Made by a program: the position numbers and the translations under genes | Shown: positions 34,858 through 46,400 of the stretch, in pieces | Position numbering within the stretch: the stretch's first letter is position 1 | Layout of the letters: the number at the start of each line of letters is the position of its first letter | Source: Haliotis rufescens | Lineage: Eukaryota | Assembly: GCF_023055435.1 (NCBI RefSeq) | Contig: NW_025963779.1 | Span: forward strand, 6,634,001 to 6,698,000 | Direction: 5' to 3' | Length of the DNA: 64,000 bases | The notes under the pieces: model-generated | Told to the model about the DNA's origin: nothing | What the model saw: only the letters and a program-made list of their open reading frames with translations | Databases searched by the model: none

Positions 34858-35137
34858 GTCAGTGAGTGAGTTGGGTTTAACGCCGCTTTTAACAGTACTC
34901 AAGTTATATGGCGGCGTGTCAGCTTAATGTGGGAGGAAAGCCCAAAGTAATGCAGGTCTCAGACGTTTACCACTTTGGTGAAGCCCACGAGCACGGGTAT
35001 GGTGCTGACAAACCTAGAAACATAGCCGGGGCGAACCGGGATTCGAACCCACAATCATACATTTCTGGCGTGGCCAAGGGACGCAACTCTGCACAGCGAA
35101 TCGCGGCGCCTTAGACGACTGGGCCACCCATGCCCCC
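34858..35137 (-). mobile_element. tRNA-derived SINE (family A), co-duplicated with the array unit
   Basis: Same site; TSD with one mismatch. Confidence 0.86.
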
Positions 35138-35648
35138 TAGTACTCCACGAAGCTAAATTGCTTCCACATACAAGTTACATGAATACTTCTCAGTTCAGAC
35201 AACGAATAATATACAATCTAAGGCAATGCGTATTGAAATATCTCCAAATGGTGATGCCTGCTTTGTCAGCAACGCTGCATCGATATATTTTCATTTCAGG
35301 TGACAAAGAGAGTTCAACAGACGAAGGAATTGCAGTTCTCTGAATTATTTACTTATATTTTCATACATAGAAACAGAAGGACACCGATCTGCAATATGTA
35401 AGTAACGAATTCATTAACGAACTTTCATTGTTATACCATCTGCAACTCTGCCTTGAGCTATGATTAAATTAATCAAATGTTTCCAATCAGTGACGCAATA
35501 CGGAAGTATGATATACACCTGTTGATGACGCGACAACAGTGTTTCTGCGATGTATAAATGTTACAGATGGCTCTCTCAGCATCATTGAAGTCTCGAGGAG
35601 TCTCACAGTCCGGATTTCATCTCACGCCGTTTCGACTACCTAACTACC

Positions 35649-36392
35649 ATGAACGTCCTTCTCATTCTGACCGCTGTTCTGGCTGTCTCCTATGCTCGAG
35701 ACTGTGGACACACAACGGAAACCCCAACGTCCAACCCCACTGAAGCCCCGACTACACTACAAATACCTACAACATGGCCTGAAGGATCCTTTGCTCTGCC
35801 TCAGACCAACGATGGCTGTCCTGGTAGTGAGTGGAAGGATGGAGCTTTCTATCAAGACACTGAAGATTATCACAACGTAAATACCTGGAACACCACCAAT
35901 ATGAGCGGCATTAAGAAGAAAGACGGATATTTAAATACTTACTGCATCATGGAGGGCACCACTGCCAGATCTGGGAGTTGGCCTGCCGGTACCTACTGCA
36001 TCTTGAGGAAGAACGGCGTCTGCCCAGGAGGTTTCCAGGAAGGTTCCCTTCTTTGGGATGATGAGAACAACTACAACATGAACCATGTCTCAGACCAGAG
36101 CACCCTCCCCGATGGTGAGTTCAACAAAGACACCAAGCTGTTTTATTGTTGCCGAGAGGATGCTTCTCCAGCTCAAGAGATAGCCTTGCCAACATCTGCC
36201 CCCTTCTACCTCCTGATGAAGACAGGCGTGTGTCAGAGCGTCGCTGGGATGTCGGTGACAGTGGAGACGATGTTTTGGGATGATGAAGACACCAACAACC
36301 ACAATGCCAGAGAAGGATCCACTCCCTTTCAAACTGGAAGTCCTGCCAACATTCATCTCAACTACTGCTACTACTCTCCTACAACACTATAA
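35649..36392 (+). CDS. Apextrin-like ApeC protein, copy 5
   Basis: Differs from copy 1 only by YYNG>YHNV at protein level; divergent 3' flank. Confidence 0.92.
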   Translation: MNVLLILTAVLAVSYARDCGHTTETPTSNPTEAPTTLQIPTTWPEGSFALPQTNDGCPGSEWKDGAFYQDTEDYHNVNTWNTTNMSGIKKKDGYLNTYCIMEGTTARSGSWPAGTYCILRKNGVCPGGFQEGSLLWDDENNYNMNHVSDQSTLPDGEFNKDTKLFYCCREDASPAQEIALPTSAPFYLLMKTGVCQSVAGMSVTVETMFWDDEDTNNHNAREGSTPFQTGSPANIHLNYCYYSPTTL

Positions 36393-36795
36393 GTTTATTC
36401 TTACTTGGCCTATAATAAATGATTTTTATGTCAAGAACTATGTTGGTACATTTGTCCTAGTGTATTCAATTAAATCAAAAGCACAATTTTCTAAGATCCA
36501 TTTATTTAACTTGTCTCCGTATTTGCCCTATTTCAGACTGGTGACTTCAGAAAGATCAGACTATCTGTTACACGATATATATGGGTAAAATGGTGTCCTG
36601 ACCGTTGTTACGATGAAAGTAAGACATTAGATACAACACTTTGAGCCTCATGCTTGAACATGGATAAAAATACAAGGCATTATGCCTTGTGACATACCTT
36701 AGGGACTACGAATTAATATATATTCGTATATAAAAATCCGTATATATCACTGTGGCAACATTTACTGCCAGGCTTCAGACATCTATATTTTCAAG

Positions 36796-36955
36796 TGAGA
36801 GAATGAATATGGTTTTGGGTCGCTTTTAGAAATATTCCAATAATATTGCGGCGCTGAACACCAGAAATGAGCTTTACACATTGCGCTAATGTTCGGAATC
36901 GAACCAGGGTCTTCAGCGTCACGAGCGAACGCTTTAATCACTAGGCTACCCCAGC
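36796..36955 (-). mobile_element. Short tRNA-derived SINE (family B)
   Basis: Minus-strand head GGGTAGCCTAGTGATTAAAGCG...GGTTCGATTCC; relatives at 42560-42729, ~50287-50430 and 61320-61460. Confidence 0.75.
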
Positions 36956-37494
36956 GTTCATATTTTCAAGATAGGACACGGGAAAACGTGTGTAGGTTAT
37001 TGTCTTTTTTTAGAACAAGAAGGCAAATGTTCAACATATATATGCATGCTCCTTCGTCGCGCGTCATGGTAATTTGTTGTTTTAAATGGACGAACCAGGA
37101 TTCGAACCAACAATCATAGGTTTCTGGCGTACCCAAGTGACCCAACTCTGGACAGCGAATCGCGGCGCCTTAGACGACTTAAATCTTTCACCCGTGCCGC
37201 CAGTTAATATGAAATTTTGTCCAGTAGTTTATAAAAATGTGTGAGAATAAGTTTTGTTTTTTAAATTTCGCTTCGAACAAAATCCTAGTGGGTGTAAATT
37301 ATAAGGGATTTACAGATGCACAGCCAGCGTCTTGTGAATACGTATAATGTCGGCAACAGTTACTGCCAGCCTCCTGACATCTACAAGTATATCAACGCCT
37401 GCTTTGTGTTATTGAATTTCTCCGTCTGATTAGTAGACCCCTTATTCCTCAGGATCAAAAAGAAATCAATCCTGAATGCGGAATAAACCAAATA

Positions 37495-38385
37495 GTGCCA
37501 TGTTGTCCCGATAGTATTTCCCTTTGACTCTGCATGGACAATATGGAGCGGAGTTCGGCAAGTCATAGTGATACCATCCCGTATCATTATCGACCCAACC
37601 CCAAAACGATCATACCGTACGATATTAATGTCCATATAACGCTCATTAGGACGTCTCCCAACTCGATTCTTTTGGTCATGAAGGTCGAGAGTAGACCGCG
37701 ATTCGTCAGAAAACATGACATTATCCCAACGTCGATTGTCCAAATGCTGACGTTCTCTACACCACTGACGCCTCTAATTCAAATGACGTGCAGTAAGTTG
37801 TGTAACAGGTGGACATCTTCTGTGCAGACGATATCTCAAGGTCTGGACACGTACTCATGTACCAGTTGCCTGTTGCAACCGGTCACTTATCTGAGTGGCA
37901 GATTTGCAACCGATATCTTAATATCATTGTTCTGACTAATCTGTCCTGGGCTGGACTTGTTGCCCCTTGGCGTTCTGGTCATCGACGTTATGTGTTTGTT
38001 GGTCTCGGGCTGATGACATTTTGAGAAACATGTAGCGTTTGGGCAACACTGTTCTGATATGTGCCCAACTGCAAAATGTCCATGGCGCGTGAACGTTCAG
38101 CACGTTACAAACATCGCATGGTGACTGCTGTTGCTTCCTGAATGATTAAATGTGTTTTGTGTCGTTGAGCGTTGCAAGAAGACAATATGTGTCAGCTCAC
38201 AACGCCTGAGTGACAATCGTAAATTACCACACCTTGCACATGCTGTCCAAGATTACGTGTCTCATGACTGTCACAATGTTATGTTTGAGAGCTAGATTTC
38301 TTCGGAAATGTTCTTGCCACATAAATCACGTACTTTCATTGCCAGACATTAGTGTATATTCCTCTCCTCCTTGTTTTGCATATTA
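37495..38385 (-). mobile_element. Tc1-family transposon remnant (5' half of transposase)
   Basis: WDNVMFSDESR...RVGRRPNERY...FGVGSIMIRDGI...TPLHIV matches the Tc1 first catalytic-Asp region; disrupted; boundaries approximate. Confidence 0.8.
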
Positions 38386-38659
38386 TATTTAACAGTTGTA
38401 CAGTGTTCAGTTTTAACCACATATTTCAATGTTGAAAACTAAAGGAGTTAAGAAACTTGTAAATTGTGTACAGCAGTATGAAAACTTTAACAGCTTCCGG
38501 CTAACTGCTGTCTGCCAGTAGGGTACATGAAGTTATTTCAATTTCAATATGCGAACATTCTCGTCTTCGTGGAAATAAATGTCATCAGTAATACAAACTT
38601 CCAGACACGTTTATTACTGATGGCGTGTTTAATATTATATATCAATGCACCCACTGTTG

Positions 38660-38900
38660 TTAGACTATCTCTGCGATCAATAGCATCTGCACGGAAAGGG
38701 GAAGGTTGGTGGTTCGATCCCCGGTCTGAGCATCGTATTACCAAAAGACTTTAAAAGATGGTACTTTTTGCTACCCTGCCTGGCGCTCGGCATTATGGGG
38801 ATAAAACAAGGACTGGTCGTCTCCGAGAGTATAGTGTTTCTGAGTCTGGCATTGATGTTAACACTGCGTCGTGGTATCAGTGGGCTAGCACTGTAAAAAA
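38660..38900 (+). mobile_element. tRNA-derived SINE with V-domain-like body (family C)
   Basis: GGTTCGATCCCC followed by ACCAAAAGACTTTAAAAGATGGTAC...CCCTGCCTGGCGCTCGGCATTA; related to 48705-49040. Confidence 0.65.
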
Positions 38901-39414
38901 AGAAGTATAATCATTTCCATAATTATAATATAAAACGTCACCGCCAGAGAAAACACAGTCTCGATTTATCAGCCGAAACAGATTCCATTGAGTGTAAAAG
39001 TCAAATAAGCGGTAACCATTATATGAAGGGATCACTGAAAATCAGTAATGACACCAGGTGTTCACGAAAATTACCTGCCCTACCGACAGCAACCACCACT
39101 CTCTCACTTTGCATAGAACAGTCTGTGTTTGTTGCCTGGCGCCTGAGAAATCCATTGTACGATTTCGACCATGTCATAATCATGTGTTCATAAATCACTA
39201 TCAAATAGTGATGATACCAGGTTTCGCGAAAAGGCGAGCGTATCTTGCCCCACCGGGGGCACCTGTCACAAACACATGCAAAGGCAAGTCAACTGTCGAA
39301 TGACGCACTTTGACATCTTCATAGAAAGTTCAATTTCGAGTGTACCTCATTAAGGCTGGAGCTGCTGAAATATTGTTCGACATGAAGGGAGAAACTTTAC
39401 TGAGGGAAATCTGA

Positions 39415-40125
39415 AGTCTTCTTCAGAAGAGCAATGGATCCTGGAGCCTGTTCTGTGGGTATGTGTAGGATAGTCGGGTTTTTAGTGGTGTTTTCTGGTT
39501 TGTTTACAGGCAGCCGTGGCGTGTCAGATGAACAGCTGTGCCTCGACGGATATTTGAGATAATAAGCCGCGGAATCTCTTCACGTGCACACAACAGATAT
39601 ATTTCAAATATAGCAACCAAAATAGTTTCTACAAAATCATGAAATGCGCTATTGCGTCACAAGATTTTCTCGTCCATCACTTGACTTTCGGTTGTTAACA
39701 GACCGCGGCCGCGTTGCAGGAGTACTGCTGCACGTTTTATGCAAATTGTGTGAATGGCGGATGCTACTGGAAGGGCAGGACATGCTTACCCTTTTCGCGA
39801 ACACCAGGTGTCATCGATGATTTCCAGTGATCCATTCATATAATTGTCACCGTTTTTTTGCCTTTTACGCACAATGCAATCTGTTTCGACGTGTAATCGA
39901 TATTATATATATTCATGAGAGATTTCCGTTGTGTGTCCACGGTCTCGGGCATTACAAACAGTCAACACACTGTGCTCCAGCTGTGAGACACAAAACAGAT
40001 ACATTGCAGAAACACTGCTGTGGCCTCATCAGCAGGTGTATATCATAATTATTGCACTACTGATTGGAAACATTGGATTAATGTTATAATAGCTTTAGGC
40101 AGAGTTGCAGATGGTATATTAATCA
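39415..40125 (-). pseudogene. Inverted, fragmented apextrin-like pseudogene (promoter + N-terminal coding remnants)
   Basis: Minus strand: promoter homology 40125-39995; VLTVCNARDRGHTTEI (~39970-39920) vs VLAVSYARDCGHTTET; NTTKNPTILHIPTEQAPGSIALLKKT (~39495-39415) vs NPTEAPTTLQIPTTWPEGSFALPQT. Confidence 0.8.
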
Positions 40126-40819
40126 AAGTTTGCTATTCAGATTTTTACTTAAAGATTTCATATCGCAATCCTTTATTTCCGTGATAACACAGGTATCAAA
40201 ATGTTTGTCATTCTTTTCGAAACGGACGCTTTTAGCAAATGTTGATTAAGGAAATGGTTTTGATTTATTTATCTGTCACTTTCAGTGACATTACCATCAT
40301 GTGTGCATATATGTGAGACATACATCGCTATATTCTATAAGCTGTGATATTTACAAACGTGTAGAATCAATAAGCATTACCGTGGACTGGCAGTTAAATC
40401 ACAAAGATCAACGCCAGAGAATAACCAGTCTCGAAGGTTTTTTTATGTCTACCAGAAGAAATTCCACAGAGCGTAAAGGTCAAAGCAGTAATGAAAAGTA
40501 TATGAATGGATCACTGAAAGGCTGTGTTCGACAAAAGGGTAAGCATGACCTGCTGTACTTTTAGCACCTGCCATTCACACAGTGGTCGTGAAAATGTCAA
40601 TGACAAAAGACGTGTGAAACCTCCATGTGATGGTATCTCGCACCATGTTGAAAAGAAACGTATCATATTTAGTCAATTCCTCTGAATGTCTACCATACAC
40701 GTTTGGAATGACCTCACCAGCCATTTCATGATGAAACATTGATTGTAAAGCTAAGTTTTAATTTAGAAATGTAGACGCCTTAAGCTTCAGTGGATGTTAT
40801 ATTGTTCAACATCAAGGGG

Positions 40820-41180
40820 AAGTTCACGATTGGAAAATCGAAAAAAGCTCCCTCTTGTCATACAGCTCAAAACATCATTTTGAAATTCTAGATCCAGATA
40901 AGACTCTCAATATGATTTCTCAGTGGCTTCTTTCATTTTCAACTCTGGTAGATTGATGAGGTGAAGACTTTATTGTCATTGTTAAAAGTAATGAAGTCAT
41001 CCACATATCCGAGACTAAGGATAAGTTTTGGCAACGTCTCATTTCTTTGAATTATAAATGTAGTCAAAATGTAGTGAAATAGATCAGCTAGGAGAGGGGC
41101 ACAGTTAGCACTTAAGGGGGCACCTGATACTTTGCTCTACCCCCATATTTGACAAACATATTGTTAATAAGGTATTCCAT
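40820..41180 (-). pseudogene. Penelope-like RT remnant (paralogue at ~56040-56420)
   Basis: Minus-strand NCAPLLADL, GYVDD, SYLDL, YDKR and IVNFP motifs. Confidence 0.7.
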
Positions 41181-41429
41181 ATTACTGAGTAGATATTAAA
41201 ATATCAATTAAACCTGGATCAAGTAACCTTCCGAAAACCCAATGCCCCTTTCAGAAATGCTAAAAATACTGTGATATGTATCAAATTTCTTAAAATCTTG
41301 TCTCATAAACATGCATTAACGGCTTTGCTGTCCGTTTAGATACATTTAGCTTCACATTGAACATTTGACCTTCCTCTCATTCTCATTTACTGATTTGCTT
41401 ACCGATTTCGATTTCATATTACATGTGTG

Positions 41430-41745
41430 TGTCCAACCGTCCTGGATGGACTGTGACGTCAGCAACATCAGAAATTATCCCGAAAATCCACGAGATGGTG
41501 ATGACCGACGGGGGAATGACTTTGCATCATATTGCTAGTTCAGTAGGCATATCCCAGGAGAGAGTATGATCGATTATCTCAGACATTTTGGCAATGAAGA
41601 AAGTATCAGTTCGTTGGGTTCCAAAGCTTTTGACTTCTCACGCACCTGGAACAACATGTTTCATGATGATCCAACTCTGTTTGAAGCTGGTGCAGAAAGT
41701 TTTTTACGACGATGTGTGGCTATGGATAAAACCTCGGCGTTAAAT
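41430..41745 (+). mobile_element. mariner transposase remnant
   Basis: IHEMVMTD..MTLHHIASSVGISQERV*SII.DILAMKKVSVRWVPKLLT (WVPxxL motif) and FLRRCVAMDKT. Confidence 0.8.
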
Positions 41746-42559
41746 ATGTACAGAATGTGAATGTTCGCTTGGCAAAATTACGCCATTCCTCAACAACTAC
41801 CTGACTGCTTCCTGAGCAGATAGGACCATCATAGATCGTTACATATAGCAAGTGAAAGTGCGCGTGTTTGACTACATACGATCTGGACCGGGTAGTGACA
41901 GATTTTCATACTTGCAACAAGAAATCTTATCTTCACTTCACATACACATATAGTGTATTTTCTGTGGTATATACAGTAACGTATCGCTGGAGTTTTATAT
42001 CTATCAATATGATCGCGTGCTTCAGATCCCAAAGGAACAGTTCTGGGAAAAATAGCATGGCTGTTTAAGCTTTAGCTACGCAACAGTGGCGTTCAGAATC
42101 CATGCTCGCATGCATGTTCTAAAAAGCTCTTTCAATGCTGAATACCGCCCATGGTGATATAGTGCATGAGTCCTCGTTTGTTGAGTCGTAAAACTACATC
42201 AATATATTATTAAAGGAAAGTTAATTACTGGTATCCTACCTAAATGATATTTTATGCAACTAAATTATGTTCTTTATGCACAGTAATTTAGTTAGAGGCC
42301 GACTTCACACAGAAACGCAAACCTGCACTGACTTTTTAATGATTGTAACACTGGCGCCAATTGTCAAATAAATCTTCATGTATTTTATGATAATAGAAAA
42401 TACCAAGTGGTCTCATGCAATATACGGGAACGAGCGACTAGGCGTTAATAATAAAATAAGACGTTCCCTATATTGTACCTATTTTCATGATAGTAGTGTG
42501 TTTTTTTCATAGGCGTTTTTATGAAGATGTTTCTAGGCCTTTATAGATAATTGTTTCTT

Positions 42560-42729
42560 ATGAGTGATTGAGTATGGTTTTACACCGCTTTTTTTTAGCA
42601 ATATTCGAGCAATATCACGGCGGGGGACACCAGAAATGGGCTTCACACATTGAACCCATGTCGGGAATCGAATCCGGGTCTTCAGCGCGACGCGCGAACG
42701 CTTTAACCACTAGGCTACCCGACCGCCCC
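42560..42729 (-). mobile_element. Short tRNA-derived SINE (family B)
   Basis: A/B boxes on the minus strand and LINE-like tail; absent from duplication copy B. Confidence 0.8.
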
Positions 42730-43334
42730 TTTCTCTTTGGAGAAGTATTGGAATTAAAGTGTTATTTCAGACTGCAATGTGTACTGCATGTGCTCTATTT
42801 CAAATTTTATATCACTGTATCAACTTATACTTATAAACTTTAATGGTTACTCATAATGTCTAATCCACATTCAAATCGGGCGGAATATTGAACCGAAAGG
42901 ATCTACTTATGAGAGAAATTCAATCATTCTGGCAGTAACTGTTGCGGACAATAACACGTTTTGACAAGCCACGCTCTTCTGGGAGGGGGGGGGGGGGGGG
43001 AGGTTATAGGCGTTTTTATGAAGATGTTTCTGGGGCGTCTTTTATAGATAATTGTTTCTTATGACGAGCATTTGACAATTGCTATGTGTACTGCATGTGC
43101 TGTATTTCAAATGTTATAACACTGTATTAACTTATACTCAAAAATTCTAAATCGTTGAAAAAAGTTTATTTCGGATTCAAATCGGATGTGATCTGAGATG
43201 GAACCGAAAGGGTCTACTCATGAGACCGAGAAATTCAATCCTGGCAGTAACTGTTGCCGGCAATAACACGTTTTGACAAGACATAGTCTTCTGGCCATTA
43301 TCACCTACGACTAGTATGTATTTCATCCACTTTC

Positions 43335-43447
43335 GGGTCCCGTTCCACAAAACGATCTTAGTGTTTCGACGATGGTAATACTCATACGTTAACATTACGA
43401 CACTTACGACAATCGTAGCACTGAAATCGCTTTGAGGAACGGGGCCC
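43335..43447. mobile_element. MITE with ~17-bp imperfect TIRs (possibly Harbinger-like); paralogue at 58557-58669
   Basis: GGGTCCCGTTCCACAAA ... TTTGAGGAACGGGGCCC; TSD not clear. Confidence 0.65.
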
Positions 43448-46400
43448 TGGATTAGATATCCCGCTGCTGAGTGCGGCGTTAAACAAATAATCACATCAAT
43501 ATGGACACATGTCTGTGTAGGCTATTTGAGAGACATTGACGTCAAAGTATGATAATAAACATGACATCGAAACAATGAACGAGTTCGTAAGTGTGCTTAC
43601 AAATAAGAACTAAACAGAACTTCATTTAATCAAAGACGAGAACCTATAAGATTCAAATACGAACATTTTTACATAAACTTACATGGACGCAACTGGCAGA
43701 CAATGTGTATCCTAAAGATATTACAGTTTCAATACATATTGCACATGATTGACATACTTTTTTATAATTTTATAGTTTTATTTTCTAACGTTGAAATATA
43801 TGTTAAATATTATGATATTTACGGTAGATTAGTATATTGTCTAGGGCTATACAAATTGCGTGTTTGAAAGAGTAGCTTTGAAAATGATAGGGAATTTGTA
43901 ATGGAAATAATCAACATCGTTTAGGTTACACCAATTCTTTCGTTTACACCATATCGTTTGCAAGACTAAATTCAGTTCTAAAGATGAAGTAAATTTTAAC
44001 CGTTAGGGAACGTTGAAAAAGCTTAACAAGTGGAAAGAATTGATCAAAAGCAAATTTAATTTTGTACGAAGTTCACTTTAATGTGATATTATGAAAATCT
44101 TTTATCAATGTGAAATACGTATCATTCAGGCTTGTATACGTCTATGCCGAATTTGAAGGTCATCGTCATTTACCATTGTAATAATTTAACCTTTCAACTG
44201 ATTGGAATCCGATGGGGTTTTCTGCCCTCTCTTAAATACCAATACATGTACTTTAAATGGAGGCATAGACTGTATCTTTTATCTATTTAGCTGACCACCT
44301 TACTTTACTTCGATCGATGTGCAGATAAATCTGCCACAGTAGTAAAGCTTCGAGTTTCCTGAATGAAGCTTGTTCATAGAGCGACGCCATGTATATGCCT
44401 TTATGTCATCAAGGGAGTTCCAGATCATTTCTATTTAAATATTTGAGAACCTTCCCGCAGTTCGTCAGCATTTGCTTCGACTCTTTGTCGTTAATTTCTT
44501 TCAGAATGAGAATATTTCAAAAGACATGTAACAAAAAAGAGATCAGTGACTCAATCAAGTACGGTTTGTCTTGTTTTAGATACCAAGTAACAGGTGAACA
44601 GCTTTAAGTGATTTCGGGTGACGCCCGATGGTTGCTGTGGCAACCATCACCGGCCATGTCCATCTTGTCTCAGACAAATAGAGTTCTTTCATCAAAGTCT
44701 ATTCACACGGGTTTCAAGCCATCACTTTCAGAAAAAGCTGGAATGGAAATGAATAGTTTATATCTATCTTGTCAATATGTGGTGTAAAACATTTAGCTAT
44801 ATAATTCTGGGTCAGCAGGGCGCATGCTGACGTCTTTTATTGGAAGGTACCTAAGGTAGTATTAGTGTACTTCGTCTTTAAGCCATATCTCACTTCAGAA
44901 GATACTTTTCAATTCCGAGTAAAGAAACCTTATGTTTTAGGTTAATCGGGCCCTGATTACAAAAACGTCATTACATGATATATCCTCTCCCGGAGGGAAG
45001 ACGAGTTTTACTGGGAAAAAAATAAGGTACACGTGAGGTCACAATATCATAAAACGTTGTTCTTGCCCGGAGAGAGGGATAAAACATAGTTGGGATGAGG
45101 TGATGGAATTAGGGGTTACAGTTGTATTAATGAATGGATGGTTTTATTGATTGACTCTATCTTCCCCTTGTCATTTCTGGAGGACATTACAAAACAAGAC
45201 ATCTATGTAATTCTAAAATCGATAACCTGCGTACTTCTAACCACAAGATGACAACACGTAGGCAGAAACTGTTGTAACGAGCCTAAACTTTTATGAAGCC
45301 GTACGTCGGGTTCAACGTCAGAAGTACTAATGCACTGAGACAGTCCAATTAGTGAGTTCTTTGCTTAAGGTTACAAATGTGTGGTAGATCGATCTTGAAT
45401 TTGATGATAAAATCACATCAATTACAGTTCAAATTAGCTGTATATTTAAACTGATATATCATTGAAATACGTAAAGCCCTACTTCTGTAATATTTAAGAT
45501 AGTCCAGTCATTCTATGGAACATTTAGATACACCTTTAATAAATTTCAATAAACAATATCTAGAACTTAATGTTCCACTTGCATTACTTAATAATATATA
45601 CAAAGTATAGAGAAGTATACATAACGGAAAACGGATTCTTGGTCCAACCGCATTTAATTCATAGGTCTATCATTAGCAAAAGGGAACAACAAAAACAATG
45701 TACAACAATTTAGAGAATGTATATACCAATGTATGATTATGTGACTAACCAATAATCCCGCCTTGGAAAACAAATATATTTAATAGTTTTTCTTCACATC
45801 CTGCAACTACATTAGCACTAGTTTGGAACACAATTTATACAAATCCAAGGTAAATTACTTTGTTAGCTCTCCCCAAGTGCATGAAAACCTCACTACTCAT
45901 TTTGGAACAATATTTCATATTTATGTTCTTTTTAGGATATTATAATAAAATAGAGAGAGAGATCAGAAGAAAGATTCGATTCTGAATTTATGATGGATTC
46001 ATAACGTTTTTCACTCAGTCCAATATCCAAATATCCAGAATGTGTGTATATTTTTATATAACGCAACAGTCACGGAGACGTATTAACAGGGACATGTAAG
46101 CATGTGCTAAATTTCCCGTTGATTTATTCTTTCAAATGTCATCATAACACTGAAGAAACGTGCTATTAAATTTGATGAATAGTTTTGATGAATTTACTTA
46201 ATTAAAGTTGTGACACGTTTAAAAGAGCATTGAATTCGCCGAGCATATAACAAGGAGAGTCCGCTAAGTAATTCAATTGTGAGAATTCATACCTCACTGT
46301 AAAGGAAATTAAAATAAATATTGAACGGCATGCTATTGTAAACGTCTAGCAGAAACTAATCGGGTTTCATAGAATAGCTATTTTTCTTTTTGAACATAAT

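Larger units (their letters stand above)
3120..36392 (+). repeat. Tandem gene array, five units of ~3.5-4.4 kb once the two large TE insertions are subtracted
   Basis: ATG-to-ATG distances 10621 (4411 without LINE+TSD), 11187 (4235 without BEL+TSD), 3537 and 4192; spacers are clearly homologous and contain nested ~165-bp internal repeats (TGGTATCTGTTTCGGCAAATAATCGAG...). Confidence 0.95.
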
